DNA of 64,000 nt, taken from Lama guanicoe. Lineage: Eukaryota. Made by a program: the position numbers and the translations under genes. The stretch spans positions 19,486,819 to 19,550,818 of the forward strand of contig MU054323.1 in NCBI GenBank assembly GCA_013239625.1, given 5' to 3'. This document shows, one piece after another, positions 1 to 14,249 of the stretch (the first letter of the stretch is position 1; every line of letters starts with the position of its first letter). The notes below the pieces were generated by a model, which made no database searches, was not told the origin of the DNA, and was given only the letters and a program-made list of their open reading frames with translations.

Positions 1-74
1 CTCAACAGCCACCAGGCTGATGGTGACCTTACCTAACATCACAGACATAGAAGTCATATTGGCTTACTTTTAGA

Positions 75-608
75 TATATTGCTTAAGATGGAGACCAAAC
101 TGCTATATTTATAAGACTCACAAACACAGCATCTCAGTCGGCTCAGTGAAGACAGAAATCCTTTTCTCTTATCCAACATTCTAGAATTGGCAGATGGTCC
201 CAGGATAGGATTGGTAGGTGGAAAGGTAGGCTCAGTCCCAGGAGGTGTCCAAGGACCCAGATCCTCCTTTCTTGCTTTGCTGTCCCTGGGGTGCTACCCT
301 ACCATGTATGACTAGAGCTAGCTCTGCAGCGTCTCATCTGCATGTTCCACGCTGTCAGAGGAGGAAGAAGAAAAAATGAAGGGCAAGAAGCTTCCCTCAC
401 AGAGAATATGGCTATAATGTTGCACGTACCATGTACACCCACACTTCTGTGGCATACACGTGTCTACAGCCCCACCTAGCTATCGGGGAATCTGGGAAAG
501 GTGATCAAGTTGTGCGTCTTTGTGCCCAGCTACAATGTGGGCTGGGAGGTGTTATTTCTATAAAGAATGGGAGAATGGTTACTGGAGAACAGTTAGCACT
601 CTGCCACA
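75..608 (-). mobile_element. MaLR LTR (MLT1J/K-like)
   Basis: Minus strand begins tgtggcagagtgctaactgttctccagtaaccattctccc, resembling the recalled MLT1J start. Confidence 0.7.
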
Positions 609-1515
609 GAGGAATGCTGTTTAATGAATTTATTTTTTTTAAGTGGAGCTTAAATAACATTTAACACTAGGAAGTTTTCCCCATACTTACTAGTCCTCGT
701 CCTTGGATTCCTATCAATGTCCCTTCCACTGGTTATATAAATTCTACTGTTAATACATTCTGCCCTGGCTGAAGTAATATAAACCAGTAATAAAAAATTA
801 TAATTTCACTTAAAAATACACTAAAAAGAAAATTTTGCTTTATTGGCTATTTTATTTTTAAATAAATATTAGCATTCACTTTTAACTCACTGAACTTCTT
901 AATAGGGAAAGATTTTTTTAAAAGAATAATGCTACCCATAAAATCTGTAAAATAATGTACACAAGTCAACACTGCAAAATTATTAGGTCTTAGACCATTC
1001 CAGCCAAAAGCAACAGTTAAAGTATATAACAAATTTAACAATACTACAGGCATGTTTTATAGGTTAAACTTAAGTTACAAAGTGAATGGTTTCTTTAATG
1101 CTTAATTTTGTGGATAAGGAACTAAAAAGGATATTATTAAAATATACTAAAATTCATTTTTCTTTCATAAAAGATGATTTGCTGTTGAGCTTCAAGCCTA
1201 ATCATTCTTAACCTTCAATGAAGGTGGCATTATATAAGGTTTATATATTTGCCCCGGACTTACACAAAATTGTTTCTTAAAAGTCAAGTATATTGAATAT
1301 TAAATATTTAAATTATGTAACTTAGGCAACAGGAATTAGTAAAAAGACAATCAAAATTATGATTTCAGAATTATCTTTTAGCAATTGCATCTAGAAATTC
1401 AAAAGTTTGTTTCATAATTGTTAAAAATAATCTCTATGCTTTTGTTTAGATGAAAATATATGAAGAACTTTATATCCTGTTTATGTTTTTACACTGTTTA
1501 ATGGATTTTTATGCC

Positions 1516-1778
1516 TTTTTTTTAATTGAAGTATAGTCAGTTATAATGTGTCAATTTCTGGTATACAGCATAATGTCCCAGTCATACATATACATACATG
1601 TATTCATTTTTGTATTCTTTTTCATTAAAGGTTATTACAAGATATTGAATCTAGTTCCCTGTGCTATATAGAAGAAATTTATTTTTTATCTATTTTTATA
1701 TATAGTAGTTAATACTTGCAAATCTTGAACTCCCAAATTTATCCCTTCCTACCCGCTTTCTCCCTGGTGACTATAAGA
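1516..1778 (-). mobile_element. Young L1 3' end
   Basis: Poly-T then aattgaagtatagtcagtt...gttattacaagatattgaatctagttccctgtgctata; the same motif recurs at 33250, 45445 and 61880. Confidence 0.85.
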
Positions 1779-3564
1779 CTTACACATCATTTAAATAGCC
1801 AGAGACATTCTTCTTAAAATAAGAATAAATTTCACCTGCTAGCTGAAAACAATCCAAAAATCAAAACTGACCATTTTGCACTAGTAATAAAAGTTTTTCA
1901 GATCAATAATTGCTATGTGTTGTTAAATGACATAGATTAGAGACCCGCTGTACTGGCAAATCAATGTTCCCATGTTAGTCAACAGTGTCTGTAAGACAAC
2001 TGTGTACATTTTATTATTTGTTAAACCAACCTTAAACAATATATTAAACACACTATTTCCAAAGAAAATTGATTCTACTCTAATTCCTTCAGTCATTAAA
2101 TTTAAATAGGCAATTTGTGAAATCACTTTCAACAGCAATCAAAATATTTTCCCTTCTTAGTTCTTCTTATCAATATCCAAGGTGAAATAAGTGTGATTTA
2201 AAGGTAGCATCCTCTCAGCCAGCTTCTCTCACTGTCTATTATTAATTTTCAAGTCTTCTCCCCTCTGGCCATATAGCCCACTCACATGGACATTTCTTTC
2301 TTTCTTTCTTTTTTTAATCCAAGTACCATCAGTTACAATGCATCAATGTCAGGTGTACAGCACAATGTCCCAGTCATGCAGACACATACATATATTTCTT
2401 TTCCACATGGACATTTCTAATCTATTAGGATTAACCCCAACAATTTCCATCCTACTAAAGAAATAAGATAAAGCAGGGGAGAGCAACATTTTATAATGAT
2501 TATCTTGAATCTACATTTTAAGAAAAAAAAAGAGTTTCACTTCTTTTTCCACAATATGAACCATCAGATATTATGAGAAATCCTCATAGTACAGAATATT
2601 TCAAGAATCGGGGCAGGGAGTCGGGGGAGAAAAAGAACAGAAGAGAAACCTCTACAATTGCACAGAAGAACTGACAAGAAATTGAGAGCAATCTTTAGAG
2701 GCTCAAAGTGACAACGAGCAGAATCCGAGAGGGAACAAAATGCTGATGCAGGTTCTGTCATGGGAGCATCTGCTGATCCCCAGAGGCCTGCAGCTTCATG
2801 CTCACCAGGCTGTGTGTCTGCAGAACAGGAATAGAGGAAGGGACCACACCAAGTGGGAAGCTGGATCAGAGACCCACAAAAAAGTAAAATAAAATCAAAT
2901 CCCCTACAGCTGATGACTTAGAGAAAGAATAAACTTGGACTTTTTTTTTAAAGATACTGTACAAGGACGAAATAAAGACATTTGCCTATTTCTTTTCCAT
3001 TAGCTCTGGGATGAGGAGGAGTGATCATGTCTCCTAAAAATTCTTAACCAGAAGACTAATCTCAATTGAATTGAAACTGAAATCATAATACTTGCTTCTG
3101 AAGCTCCCCACTAGCCTTAGCCAATAATTTGAAGCGGTCATGAATTAGTAGTACTCTCTGGCACCAAGCAGAGGCAATTTAAGTGTTCTGGAAGAAAACA
3201 CCTTAAAATCAAAGACTGAAAGAACTTCTACAGATAAATTCCCAAGGAACAGGAATTCACAATCAAAAAACAAACAAACAGAAAACACATAAGGAATCAG
3301 CCCACTGTGGGCAAAAACTCAGTAGAAATAACAAGATCAGATCCACTTAAGCAGAAAATATTAGAATTCTGGGATAAAAACTCTTAAGCATGTTTACTCT
3401 ATTTAAAGATTTAAAAGAACTGACATGGGGCATATATTAAGAAGAAATTTTAAAAATATTTTTAAATTGCTAGAATAAAAAATACAAAGAAGTTGTTTTT
3501 TTAAAAAAATAGACAAGACTTGAACAGGCACTTCACAAAAATAAAAATAAAAAAGGAAACACAA

Positions 3565-4704
3565 GCATGGAGTAGACATGATGGTGGAGTAGGAAAACCC
3601 TGAGTTCACCTCCTCCCATGGGCACACCAAAATTACAACTATTACAAAGCAACTATTGATGAGAAAAATCAGATTAGCAAAAAAAATCTTCTATGGCTTA
3701 AGACATAAAGAAGGAACCACAATGAGATGGGTAGGAGGGATGGAGACATGGTAGAGTCAAGACCCACACCCCTAGGTGGGCAACCCAGAAACAGAAGGAT
3801 ACTTATAATTGCAGAGGTTCTCCCCAAGGAGGAAGGGGTCTGAGCTCCACATCAGGCTCCCAGCCCAGGGTTCCTGCACCAGGAAGACGAGCCCCCAGAA
3901 TGTTTGGCTTTGATGGCCAGCAGGGCTTACTCTTGGGAGACCCAGAGGACTGTGGGAAGTAGAGATTCCACTCTTAAAGGGAACACACAAAACCTCACAC
4001 ACTTTGGGATCCAGGGCAGAAGCAGTGATTTAAAAGGAGCCTGGGTCAGTTGCACCCTTGGAGAGCCTACTGAAGAGGCAGGAGGCAATGGGAACTCACC
4101 CTGGGGACACAGGCACTGATGGCAGCCATTTTTCTGAGTTCCTTTTAACGTGAGGACACTGGTCCTGGCAAGAGCCATTCTGGAATCTTCTCTCTAGCTT
4201 ATTAGGCAGCAAATTAGCTATGTATAAAACTAGTAAGAAGGTTAAAACATAAAATTAGTAAAAACGTTTATATAAGTAGTTAAGGGATAACACTAAACAA
4301 AGAGGTGTAAAATATGATGTCAAACATGGTAGGGTGGGTAAAATGCAAGGTTGTTAAAATACATTTGAACTTAAGAGGTCAGCAACTTTGGGGGGAATTG
4401 GATAAAGGTAGTCAAAAGGTACAAACTTCCAGTTATAAGATGAATAAGTACTGAGAAGGTAGTGTAAAACATGATAAATATAATTAACACTGTTGCATAT
4501 TACATATAAAAGTTGAGAGGAAATCCTGAGTTCTCATCATAAAAGAAACTTTTTTTCTATTTCTTTAATTTTGTATCTATATAAGCTGATGAATGTTCAC
4601 TAAACTTACTGTGATAATCATTTCATGATATATGTAAGTCAAGCCTGTACACCTTAAAGTTATACAGTGCTTCATGTCAATAACACCTCAATAAAACTGG
4701 GAAG
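3565..4704 (+). mobile_element. Internally deleted L1 (5'UTR-like start joined to an L1MA9-like 3' end), inserted into an older L1
   Basis: L1 5'UTR-like start (atggtggagtaggaaaaccctgagttcacctcctccc); 3' end aaggtacaaacttccagttataag...aataaaactgg; degenerate TSD aaaggaaacacaa 3552-3564 / aaagacaacacaa 4705-4717. Confidence 0.65.
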
Positions 4705-4717
4705 AAAGACAACACAA

Positions 4718-5460
4718 ATGGCCAATGGGCATATCAAAAAGTATTCGATCTTACTAGTACTCAGGGAAGTAAAAAGTAAAATTCGAATAATACCCTATTA
4801 CATACTAAAACACATTGGCAAATTTTTAAAAGCCTGACAGTGTCAAATTTGGCAAGTATGTAGAGCAAGGGGAATCTCACAATCTTATATACAGTTGGTA
4901 AGAGAATACATTGATACATACACTTTGGAAAAGTTCGGCATTATCTATCAGAGTGGAAAAATCCCCCTCCCTATAATTCCACTAATGCATAAAGGAACTC
5001 ATGCTCACGTGTCCTAGGCACCATACAAGAATGGGGATAGCAGCACTGCTCATGATACAAAGACAAAACCAAACCAAACCCTGCAGACTATCTGAATGTC
5101 CACCCATAGCTGACAAATGGAATGAACAAACTACAACTATGTGCAGGAACAGCCGAATCACGTAACACAAGCAAAAAATTTTTTTTATATGTACAGTATA
5201 TATAAAGTCCAAAGCTGGCAAAACTAAACTATATTATATAGGAGTGCATTTATAAATGGAAAACTGTAAAGAATAGTAAGGAAATGATTATCATAAAAGT
5301 CAGAATAGTGGTTACCTTTGGAGGTAGGAAGATTATGATGAGAGGCAAATGGTATGCTTTGAAGTGCTAATAAGGTTCTTATCCTAGGAGGCAGTTATAT
5401 GGAAGAATTTTTTATAATAATTTATTAGGCTGTACATATAATTTTATATTGCTAATACAT
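4718..5460 (+). mobile_element. Ancient L1 (L1MC/ME-like) 3' region, continuing the fragment at ~3500-3550
   Basis: aaatggccaatgggcatatcaaaaag...cactttggaaaag...atagtggttacctttggagg motifs. Confidence 0.65.
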
Positions 5461-5539
5461 TTATATGGCAATACAAATCATTCAGTTAATATAGAAATAG
5501 GAATTTAAAACCTAGAAGATTTTCAGAGGTCATTATTGT

Positions 5540-5917
5540 TATTCCATGTGTTCCTCTAAATTTATATCCTCCTTTGAAATTAGTTTGTGGCCAATGTGAT
5601 TATTTCTGGCTAATAGGCCATTAGCAGAAGTCATATGTGTCCCTTCTGCTCTAAAGCACTTAAAAACAGGTAGAAGTTCTCCATACTCTCTCTTTCCCTG
5701 CTGTGGCAAGCCTTGAATCCCCATGTTGAAATGGTAAATCCATAAAATGTAAGCAAATTGGATTCCTGGACCCCAGTGTAAAAGAGAGTTGCTCTACAAA
5801 ACTGCTGGACCCTCAGAGCAATTTGCATAAATGAGAAATAAACTTCATGTTTAAAGCCATTAAGAGATTAGGGTTTAAATGTCTCTGGAGCCTAGCCTAG
5901 CCTAATTGACTGATGCA
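5540..5917 (+). mobile_element. MaLR LTR (MLT1H/I-like)
   Basis: ggccaatgtgatt...gcagaagtcatatgtgtcccttctg...aaataaacttcatgtttaaagccatt...cctagcctaattgactgatgca. Confidence 0.65.
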
Positions 5918-6519
5918 AGTGGGTTAAGAGCAAATTAGACAAAAAAATAAACAGAACTAAACATATTAAACAATATGCTCCTCAGAATTTTTTTAAGAAG
6001 AGAAAAGTGCAATAGAAGTAAAGGGGCATGGGGAATAAAATGAGAAGGTCTAGTATATGTCTAATTACAGCTCCAGAAGAAAATTCTCCACAGAGAATAG
6101 GAGAGAGGTAAAATTTATAGCGATATTGGCTTTGGGTCTTTCAGAACTGTTTCAAGAGAGAATTTCTCAAATTCAGGAAACCCTAGAAGCCCAAGATGAA
6201 GAAAAAGAAATCCATACCTAGACCTGCTCTATGGAGCTGCAGACAAAACAGACATAGAAAAGCAGCCAAAGAGAAAAGTCACACCACCTACAGAGGAACA
6301 ACAGTCTAGTCTGTCAGTTGACGTCCACAAGCCACACTGGCATCCAAAAGACAGTGGAATAGAACAGTAGAATCTCTGCAAAAATACTAAGAAAAATGAA
6401 CTGCCAAGTTATACTTCTGTGCCCAGTGAAACTATCTTCAAGAACAAGGGTAAAAGAAATAAATTTTCAGACTTTCAAAACCTGGATTTACTGCCAAAAG
6501 TTTTTTTAGTAGACCTCTC

Positions 6520-7556
6520 ATCTGTCACAGATACATATCCAAAATAAATAAAGAGCTCGTACAACTCAATAGCAAAAGAACAGATAATCCAATTTAAAAA
6601 TGGGCAAAGGGCCTGAATAGACATTTCTCATAAAAGACACACAAATGGTCAAGAGATATATGAAAAGGTACTCAGCACCAGTAATCATTAGGGAAATGCA
6701 AATCGAAACCACAATGAAATATCACCTCATGCCTGTTGGAATGGCTCCCATCAAAAATACAAGAGATAAATGCTGGGGAGAAGGTGGAGAAAAGGGAACC
6801 CTTATTCACTGTTGGTGAGACTGTAAATTGGTACAGCCACTATGGAAAACAGTGGGGGGGGCGGTTCTCAAATTAAAAATAGAACTATCACCTGACCCGG
6901 CAATTCCACTTTTGGAAATATACCCAAAGGAAACAAGAACACGATGTCAAAGAAATATCTGCACCCGAATTTTCACAGTAGCATTATTTACAACACCCAA
7001 GCCATGGAAGCAACATAAGTGTACAACAACAGATAAATGGATAAAGTTGTGATACATATATTACATTTGCAACAACATGGATGGCTCTTGAAGGTATTAT
7101 GCTAAGCTAAGTAAGTCAGAGAAAGAGAAATAGGATTTGATCTCACTTATATGTGGAATCTAAAGGGAAAAAAGTAAAGAAAAAGAAATCATATTTGTAG
7201 TTAACAGAGGCAGAGGGTGGGGAAAGTAAAAATTGGATAAAGGTGGTCAAAAAATATAAACTTCCAGTCATAGGAGAAATAAGTATTTGGGATACAATAT
7301 ACAACATGATGACTATAGTTAACACTGCTGTATGTCACATTTGAAAGTCATTATAAAAGTAAATCCTAAGGATTGTCATCACAAAAAAAACCCCCACATT
7401 TTTCCTTTCTCTTTTCTTTTCTAGCTGTATGAAACGATGGATGTCAACTAAACTTATTAATCATTTCATAATATATGTAAGTCAAATCATGATGCTGTAC
7501 ATCTTAGACTTACACAGTACTGTATGTCAATTACACCTCAATAAAACTGGAAAAAA
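6520..7556 (+). mobile_element. L1 (L1MA9-like) ORF2 end and 3'UTR
   Basis: ORF fragment MVQPLWKTV...DPAIPLLEIYPKE; ends ...caataaaactggaaaaaaa. Confidence 0.85.
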
Positions 7557-7559
7557 ATT

Positions 7560-8530
7560 CAATGTCCAGTTCTCACTGCTCATCCATTATGACTACTCAA
7601 TGGTATTTAGTACAGTTGATCCTTGAAAAACTTTTTTTCTTGGCTTGCAGGACACCATAATGTACTCCTCCGATCATTCCTTCTAAGTCTTCTTTGCAAA
7701 TTCCTCCTCCTCTCACCAATCCCCTCATGTTGGAGAGACCAGCAGCTTAGATCTTTGGCCTTTACTCTTCTTTCTCTACACCTGTGGTGATATTATCCAA
7801 TCTCAGACCTTTAAATATCATGTATATTCTGACACCTCAAAGTTACATGTCTAAAATTTTCTCCCCTAAGCTTGCTCCGCCCACAGCCCTGTACACCCTA
7901 GTGGATAGCTAAGGCCAAATTCTGGACTCACTCTGGATCCCTTTTTTCCTCTCATGTCTCGTAGATCAGCCATCTGGAAATCTCTTTGGCTCTGACTTTA
8001 AAATATTGGCAGAGTGACAACTACGCAGCATCTTCACTGTCCCCACTCTCAAGAAAACCACTTTATCCATCATCTGAATTACAGCAGTAACCTCTAAATA
8101 GACCTCCTTGAGTTATGGCCCTCTAGAGACCATTCTCACCCCAGCAGTCCCAGTGCTCCTTTTTAAACTTACAGCCAATCGTGTCATTCCTTTTTACAAA
8201 ATTTAAGTGTCTCCCCATCTCACTCAGAGTATAAACGAAAATGCATCTAACCATCTAATGGTCTAAAGAACTTCACATGAACTGATTCCACTCCCTTTTT
8301 AATCTCTTTTCCTACTAATTTCCATGTTGCTCATCCAGCCACATTGAGGTCCTGGTTGTTCTTCAAACACACCAACCACATTCTTCAACTTAGTCTGTAC
8401 ACAGACTGGTACCTCTTCTGGAATGTTCCTCCCCCAGACAACCACATGGCTAAATTTGTCACTTCCTTGATCTTTGTTCAGATGCTACCATCCCAATGAA
8501 ACCTACCCAGAGTATCCAATATAAAACTGA
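7560..8530 (+). mobile_element. LINE-2 fragment
   Basis: L2-type pyrimidine-rich motifs (ctccccatctcactcagagtataa; cctcttctggaatgttcctccccca). Confidence 0.7.
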
Positions 8531-8534
8531 AGAA

Positions 8535-8940
8535 GGACATGAAAACACTAACTCAGAAAGGTATCTGCACCCCCATGTTCACTGCAGCACTAGTGACAAT
8601 AGCCAAGACATGGAAACTGCCTAAGTGTCCATCAATGGATGAATGGATAAAGAAGTTGTAGTGTATATGTGTTCAATGGAATATTATTTGACCATAAAGG
8701 AGTAAATCTTGCCATTTGCAACAACATGGATGGAACTTGAGGGCATTACACGAAGTGAAAGAAGTCAGACAGAGAAAGACAAATACCATATGATCTCACT
8801 TACATGTGGAATCTTAAAAAAAAAAAAGAAAAAAACCAACAACAAACAAGAAAAAAAAAAAAGAACTTCATAGATACAGAGAACAGATTAGTGGTTGCCA
8901 GAGGCAGGGGAGCTGAGGTGCGTGAAATGGGTGAAGGTCA
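8535..8940 (+). mobile_element. L1MA-type 3' region
   Basis: cccatgttcactgcagcac...gtccatcaatggatgaatggataaag...gccatttgcaacaacatggatggaac. Confidence 0.8.
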
Positions 8941-9169
8941 ACATTCTCAGCCTGAGAGAGTCAGGAAGCTGTCAGCACGTAGGGGAGCTGCATGCCAGCC
9001 ACCCCTCCGGAGATACGTGGGCAGATACTAGCCACCGCCCCACCACAGAGATCTCTCTGTCTGCGTATTTGTTTTAGTTGACATAGCCCAAAGGTCTAGA
9101 AAAGACCCCGGCATATAGTAGGCACACAAAAAAAATCTCTGTTAAATGTTGCTGAATAAATCAAAGGGC

Positions 9170-10900
9170 TGAAAAGAAACTACATGACATTAGAAAACAC
9201 TTATAACTAAACAAAAGAGAAAATTGCCACACAGCACAGCTTGCGGGATACAGCTCAAACGGTACTTGGAGATAAATGGAAAGCCAGGAGTGCTTATATT
9301 ATTAAGGAAGAGTGGCTAAAAACTAATAGTCTAAGCACTGTAAGTCATTAGAAAAAGAACAACATAGTAAGTTCAAAGAAAGCCAAATGAAGATGATAAG
9401 GACAAAAACAAAAATTAATTTAAAAAGGCAGTAAAGGTATAATAAAGAAAACGAAATAAGCCAGTAGTTGGTTTTTGAAAAAGAATACTAAACTGACAAT
9501 CTTAGCAATATTAACCCAGAGAAAAAAAGAGAAAGACAAAATTCTTTGAAATGTGATTAAAATAGGAACACAACTACAGACGCAACAGAGAATGAAAAGA
9601 TGAAAGAAAGTTAACATTAAACCAACCCGAAAACTCCTTTAACAAAATGAATTTAATCAGTAATTAAGCGTCTTCATACCCAGATGGCTTTACAGGCACG
9701 TTTCTACCAAATGTTCCAAGGAAAAACCACTCTAGTTTTGTGCAAGTTTCCCAGAGACTGCAAAGGAAGAGACTGTTGGAAGCGGCTGTTCAGTTAGCCA
9801 TTGCTACAGCAACGCTTAGCACTTTGCAACCACAAGTGATTGTGTGGTATTAGCACAGGGAGAGAAAAATAAATAAACAGAACTCAGCAGAGAGTCCAAG
9901 AACAGAACTCAGCACACATACAAACATTGTAAGTGATAGAAAAAGAGGAACAGGAAGGACCATGCAGTAAATTGTGCCGCAAATGGCTTTTCATATGAAA
10001 AAAATTAAATCAAATAGAATTGAAGGATGTAAATAAAAAGAGCAAAACTTGAAAAATTTCTGGAAGAAAACATTGGTGAATTTCTTTATGAACTCCCAAT
10101 AAGGAAGAATTTTTTTAACAAGACAAAGAAGCACAGATCCTAAAGGAAAAGATTGATAAATTCAACTACTTTAAAATTAAGAACTGAGAGAAGTCATTTG
10201 CAGCACATATAATCCACAAAGGAGTTAACAAAAGAAAACCTACGTAATAAGAAAAAGAAAAACCTATTAGAAAAATGGGCAAAAAGCAAGCAGACAATTT
10301 ACAGACGCAGAAATACAAATACAAAATTTTAAAAGGTACTCTACTCTAATTAGTAATCAGAAAAGTGTAAATCAAACCATGGGATTCCATTTTTAAATGT
10401 ATCAAACTGACAAAAAGTTTAAAAACCAAACAATAAGAAGTATTGACATAAACGGAATTTTTAATACACTATCAGTGAGAATTAAATTAACACAACTACT
10501 TTGGAAAACAACTAGTGTGGCAAAAATTGTCTAGCAAAAAGCACTCTGTCTGGAAAAAAAATGTAGCAAAATGGAAATCCACATATCATCCATATACTGT
10601 TTTTGCATATACTGTTCACCAGGGGACACGTATAAACGTCTTTAGAACATCATTGTTTCCAACAGCAAAGAAAAGAAAAACTAGAAATAATTCACATTCT
10701 TGCCAAGAGGAGAAATGAACTACCAAATGTTCAAAGAACAAAGAAATGAACTATAACTACATGCATCAATAAGAATAAATCTAAAATTAAAGTGAACAAA
10801 GCAAGTATCAGAATACATACAATATGTTTCCTTTCACACAGATGTCAAAAACATGAATATAAGCAAAATATTATATGAGAACGTAGAAGGTAAGGCTATA
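9170..10900 (+). mobile_element. Ancient L1 (L1MC/ME) ORF2-to-3' remnants
   Basis: A-rich, with degenerate L1 motifs (aaggaaaagattgataaattcaactact; gaaaaatgggcaaaa; actactttggaaaac). Confidence 0.6.
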
Positions 10901-10909
10901 AAGAGAAAT

Positions 10910-11082
10910 ACAAACTACTATATACAGAACAGATAAACAAGGTCCTACTGTATAGCACAGAGAACTGCATTCAATACCTTGTAATAACTTATAATGAAAA
11001 AGAATATACATGTAGAATCACAATGCTGTATGCCAGAAACTAACATAACACTGTAATTCAACTACGCTTCAATTTAAAAAAA
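10910..11082 (+). mobile_element. Young L1 3' end
   Basis: aaacaaggtcctactgtatagcacagagaactgcattcaatacc...aactacgcttcaatttaaaaaaa. Confidence 0.8.
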
Positions 11083-12325
11083 TTTCAAGATTGTAGCTCT
11101 CCCTGGGAGCAGAGGAGGAAGAAGGATATAATTGGAAAGAGGTATACTGAGTGCTTCACAGGCATTCGTGTATATACATTACTGCCTTAACTATTCTTAA
11201 TTTTTTAAAAATTCCTACTTTGCAGGTAATTTCAATATACCAGTCCACAAAACAGCAGATACGGTCTTAGCACTTGGCTAAAATCACGTGCAATTGCCTG
11301 ACTGCCCTGAATGAAGGAAAGAAGACACAGGGAAAAGAAAACCCTGTCCTCCCACAGTTCTGATTACGCACTGTGAGTTCAGCCTTCTCAACTCAACACT
11401 GATAACATAGCCATAAAGTTCCGGGTATTATTATAGATGGAAGCCTCTGCTGGCTGGACCCTTCCTGGCCTCTACAGTCAAGATAAAGAGACCTACAGCA
11501 GCATCCTGCAGAATCATGTCTTAACCAGACACATACCCTGTAGGGATGCAGAATAGCACATAGGCACATATTTACAGTATGTTACCCTGATTTGAATTAA
11601 AAATTAAGTCTTACGTAAAAGCATATCAGCTAGATTGAATCTATTTTGAGAAACTCATACCAGAAGTTATTAAACTAAGGAAATTTGCTGAATCACAATC
11701 CAGCTGTAGGATGAAGCCGGGCAGCTCTCACACTGTTCTAGTAATAAAAAGGCATTAGATTTGTCACTTCCTTTTAATGGTAAGTTTAGTGGTTAATACA
11801 GAGCTAAGTATTCACCTACCCCGACACAGCAGTTCCACACCCGCTTATTGACCTAAGAGAAATGAAAATGTATGTTCACAAAAAAAATGCCCATATGTCC
11901 ACAAAAAGACTTGCTCAAGCAGCTCTTTGCATAATAACCAAAAACTGCGAACAATCCTAATGTCTATCAACAGGAGACAGAATAAATAAACGGTGCTATA
12001 TTTACACAACAAAATACCATTCAAAAATTTTAATTAAATACTGATACACAACAATGTGAATGAATTTAAAATTTTTTTATTTAGCAAAAGAAGCCAGATA
12101 GAGGGTATCCATTACATAATTTCCATTTATATGAAGTTCAAAAGAATTGAAATTCAACCTATAGTGACTGAAGTCAGAGCAATGGTTGCCTGTGTGTTTG
12201 AGAATTAATTAGAGATAAGCTCAAGGGAACTCCTTGGAGTAACAGAAACATTCAGCATCTTCATTGCCATCGTGGTCATACGGGTCATTGATCAAAACTC
12301 ACGACATCGTACACTAATGTCCATT

Positions 12326-12328
<3 letters not shown>

Positions 12329-12358
<30 letters not shown>
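12329..12358. repeat. (CT)15 microsatellite
   Basis: Perfect CT dinucleotide run. Confidence 0.95.
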
Positions 12359-12373
<15 letters not shown>

Positions 12374-14249
12374 CATAAAACCTCAATACTACATTGTTTC
12401 CTTGTTGTTGAAACATTCAGTCTCTAATGTTACATATGAGGTGAAATGCTTTATTTTGGTCAATGAACATTATTCAATCTCTAATCTCTGGAATGAAATT
12501 TTTTTTACTGTACTTGGCTCATTATAAGGGTTTTCTTCGGGCAGCTTTTAAGGAGGCACTTGGGGAAATCAGCTATTAATGCACTATGGCTTGTTTGAAA
12601 AAGCATGCAGAAGTTTTGTAAATAATTTACATTTTATAGTAAATAATAGATTCAGGAGTGTTTCCTTATTGGCATAAATTAATAGAAATGGTCTGCGGTC
12701 ATCAAAGTTCTCAACTAGTCATGAAACTGATACGCACAAAGTGTACTCTGTAAGATAAGGTGACACCTCCTGAGTAGCGAAGGCTGGAAGGAACACAGAC
12801 TAAAATCAGCGTAAGAGAAGAGGAACAAAGAAGGCCCAAAACAGCTTAGTTTTACAGTGTGGTTGAGAAAACTGTTTCTCAAGGTGAAAACAATTAGTAA
12901 AATATCAGTAAGATGCAAAAACGACAATATGGCAGGTAAAATTCATTGTGAGAATTCTCTTCAGGAGTTAACTCCAAGCTGTACAGTTAAGGTAAGAATA
13001 AAATCTAAAGTCAAAATGAAAGATTTGTGGCAGTTCCACACGTGGCCCTGTGTTGTATGAAGTCAGTCACTCTAAAATTGGAATCTGGCCTATTACAACA
13101 GCCTCCCCCACTGAGGAACAAAATTAGATTCAAAAGGCCACAGCTTTGTTAGCAAGAGAAAGAAAATTAAGCCCCACGTTGCACTTTGAAACTGATATTT
13201 TGACTTGCTGCTGACATAAACTGTTTTGGACAATCATACTCTCTCTTCAAACACTCTGTGTTTAGTATCTCTGATTATGCTGGGGATCAAATCTTAGCAC
13301 CTTCTGATTTCACTTTTAGCAAAGAAGGTATAATCTCGGCTGAACTGATATGAGGAACCTGGATAACTAGGGGCAGAGGTAGTGGAACCCAGATGAGGGC
13401 ATGCAGAGAATCCTGTTCCCTCAAACTGAGTGTCTGCATCACAGAGAGAGTGTGACTTAAAGAAGCCTAGGGGATCAGTTTATTCATTTGTTCAATAAAG
13501 ATGTGTTGAGTCTAAGTAATATTAAGCCGAGGACTGTTTATTCCAGGCACTTAGGATGCATTCGCAAACCAAATAAATATCCCTGCCCTCAAGCAGCTTA
13601 CACTCTAGCTGAAGAAAACTGATGTTAAATAATGAACATAACAAAGAATTAAACTACATAGAATATGGTGGAATGAGGTGCTCTGTGTTTATGGGGGAAA
13701 AAGCAGAATGGGGTGAGGGCGATTGGGACTCCCAGATTTGGGTAGGGACAAGAACTGTGGTCAGTCCGTTGAGAAGGTGATGTAAGATACTTGATCAAAG
13801 TTTCAGTCCTTAGTCATAGATCACTGAATAGACAAAAACGGGTGAAAATTTTAAGACAGGTGTTTTGTCATAAGAACTGTGCCTACAAATACATATCTAG
13901 GTATATTTATTTTCTCTCGATGGAAACAAAGCTTCTGCTATAAACATTCTGATTGAAATGCTCTTTTGAGGGTTATATTTTTAATATGTTTTCAACTAGG
14001 TCTTTCATTAACAGCTCCTTGTTACGTAACGGGTTGACTGGAAAATATGAAATTTTAGTATCAGTTATGAACATTTGATTCTTAGAAAATGTGCTATGCA
14101 GGAGTAGGTGCCATAGATGTTCAGCCTACACGCGGAACACACAACCTCCACTGTGTGCCGGGCTGGATATTGTGGATGTAGTCATTTGAAACATACAAGC
14201 GACGGCCTAAGAGATTTTATAATGTAGTACCTTTAATTACTGATAATTA

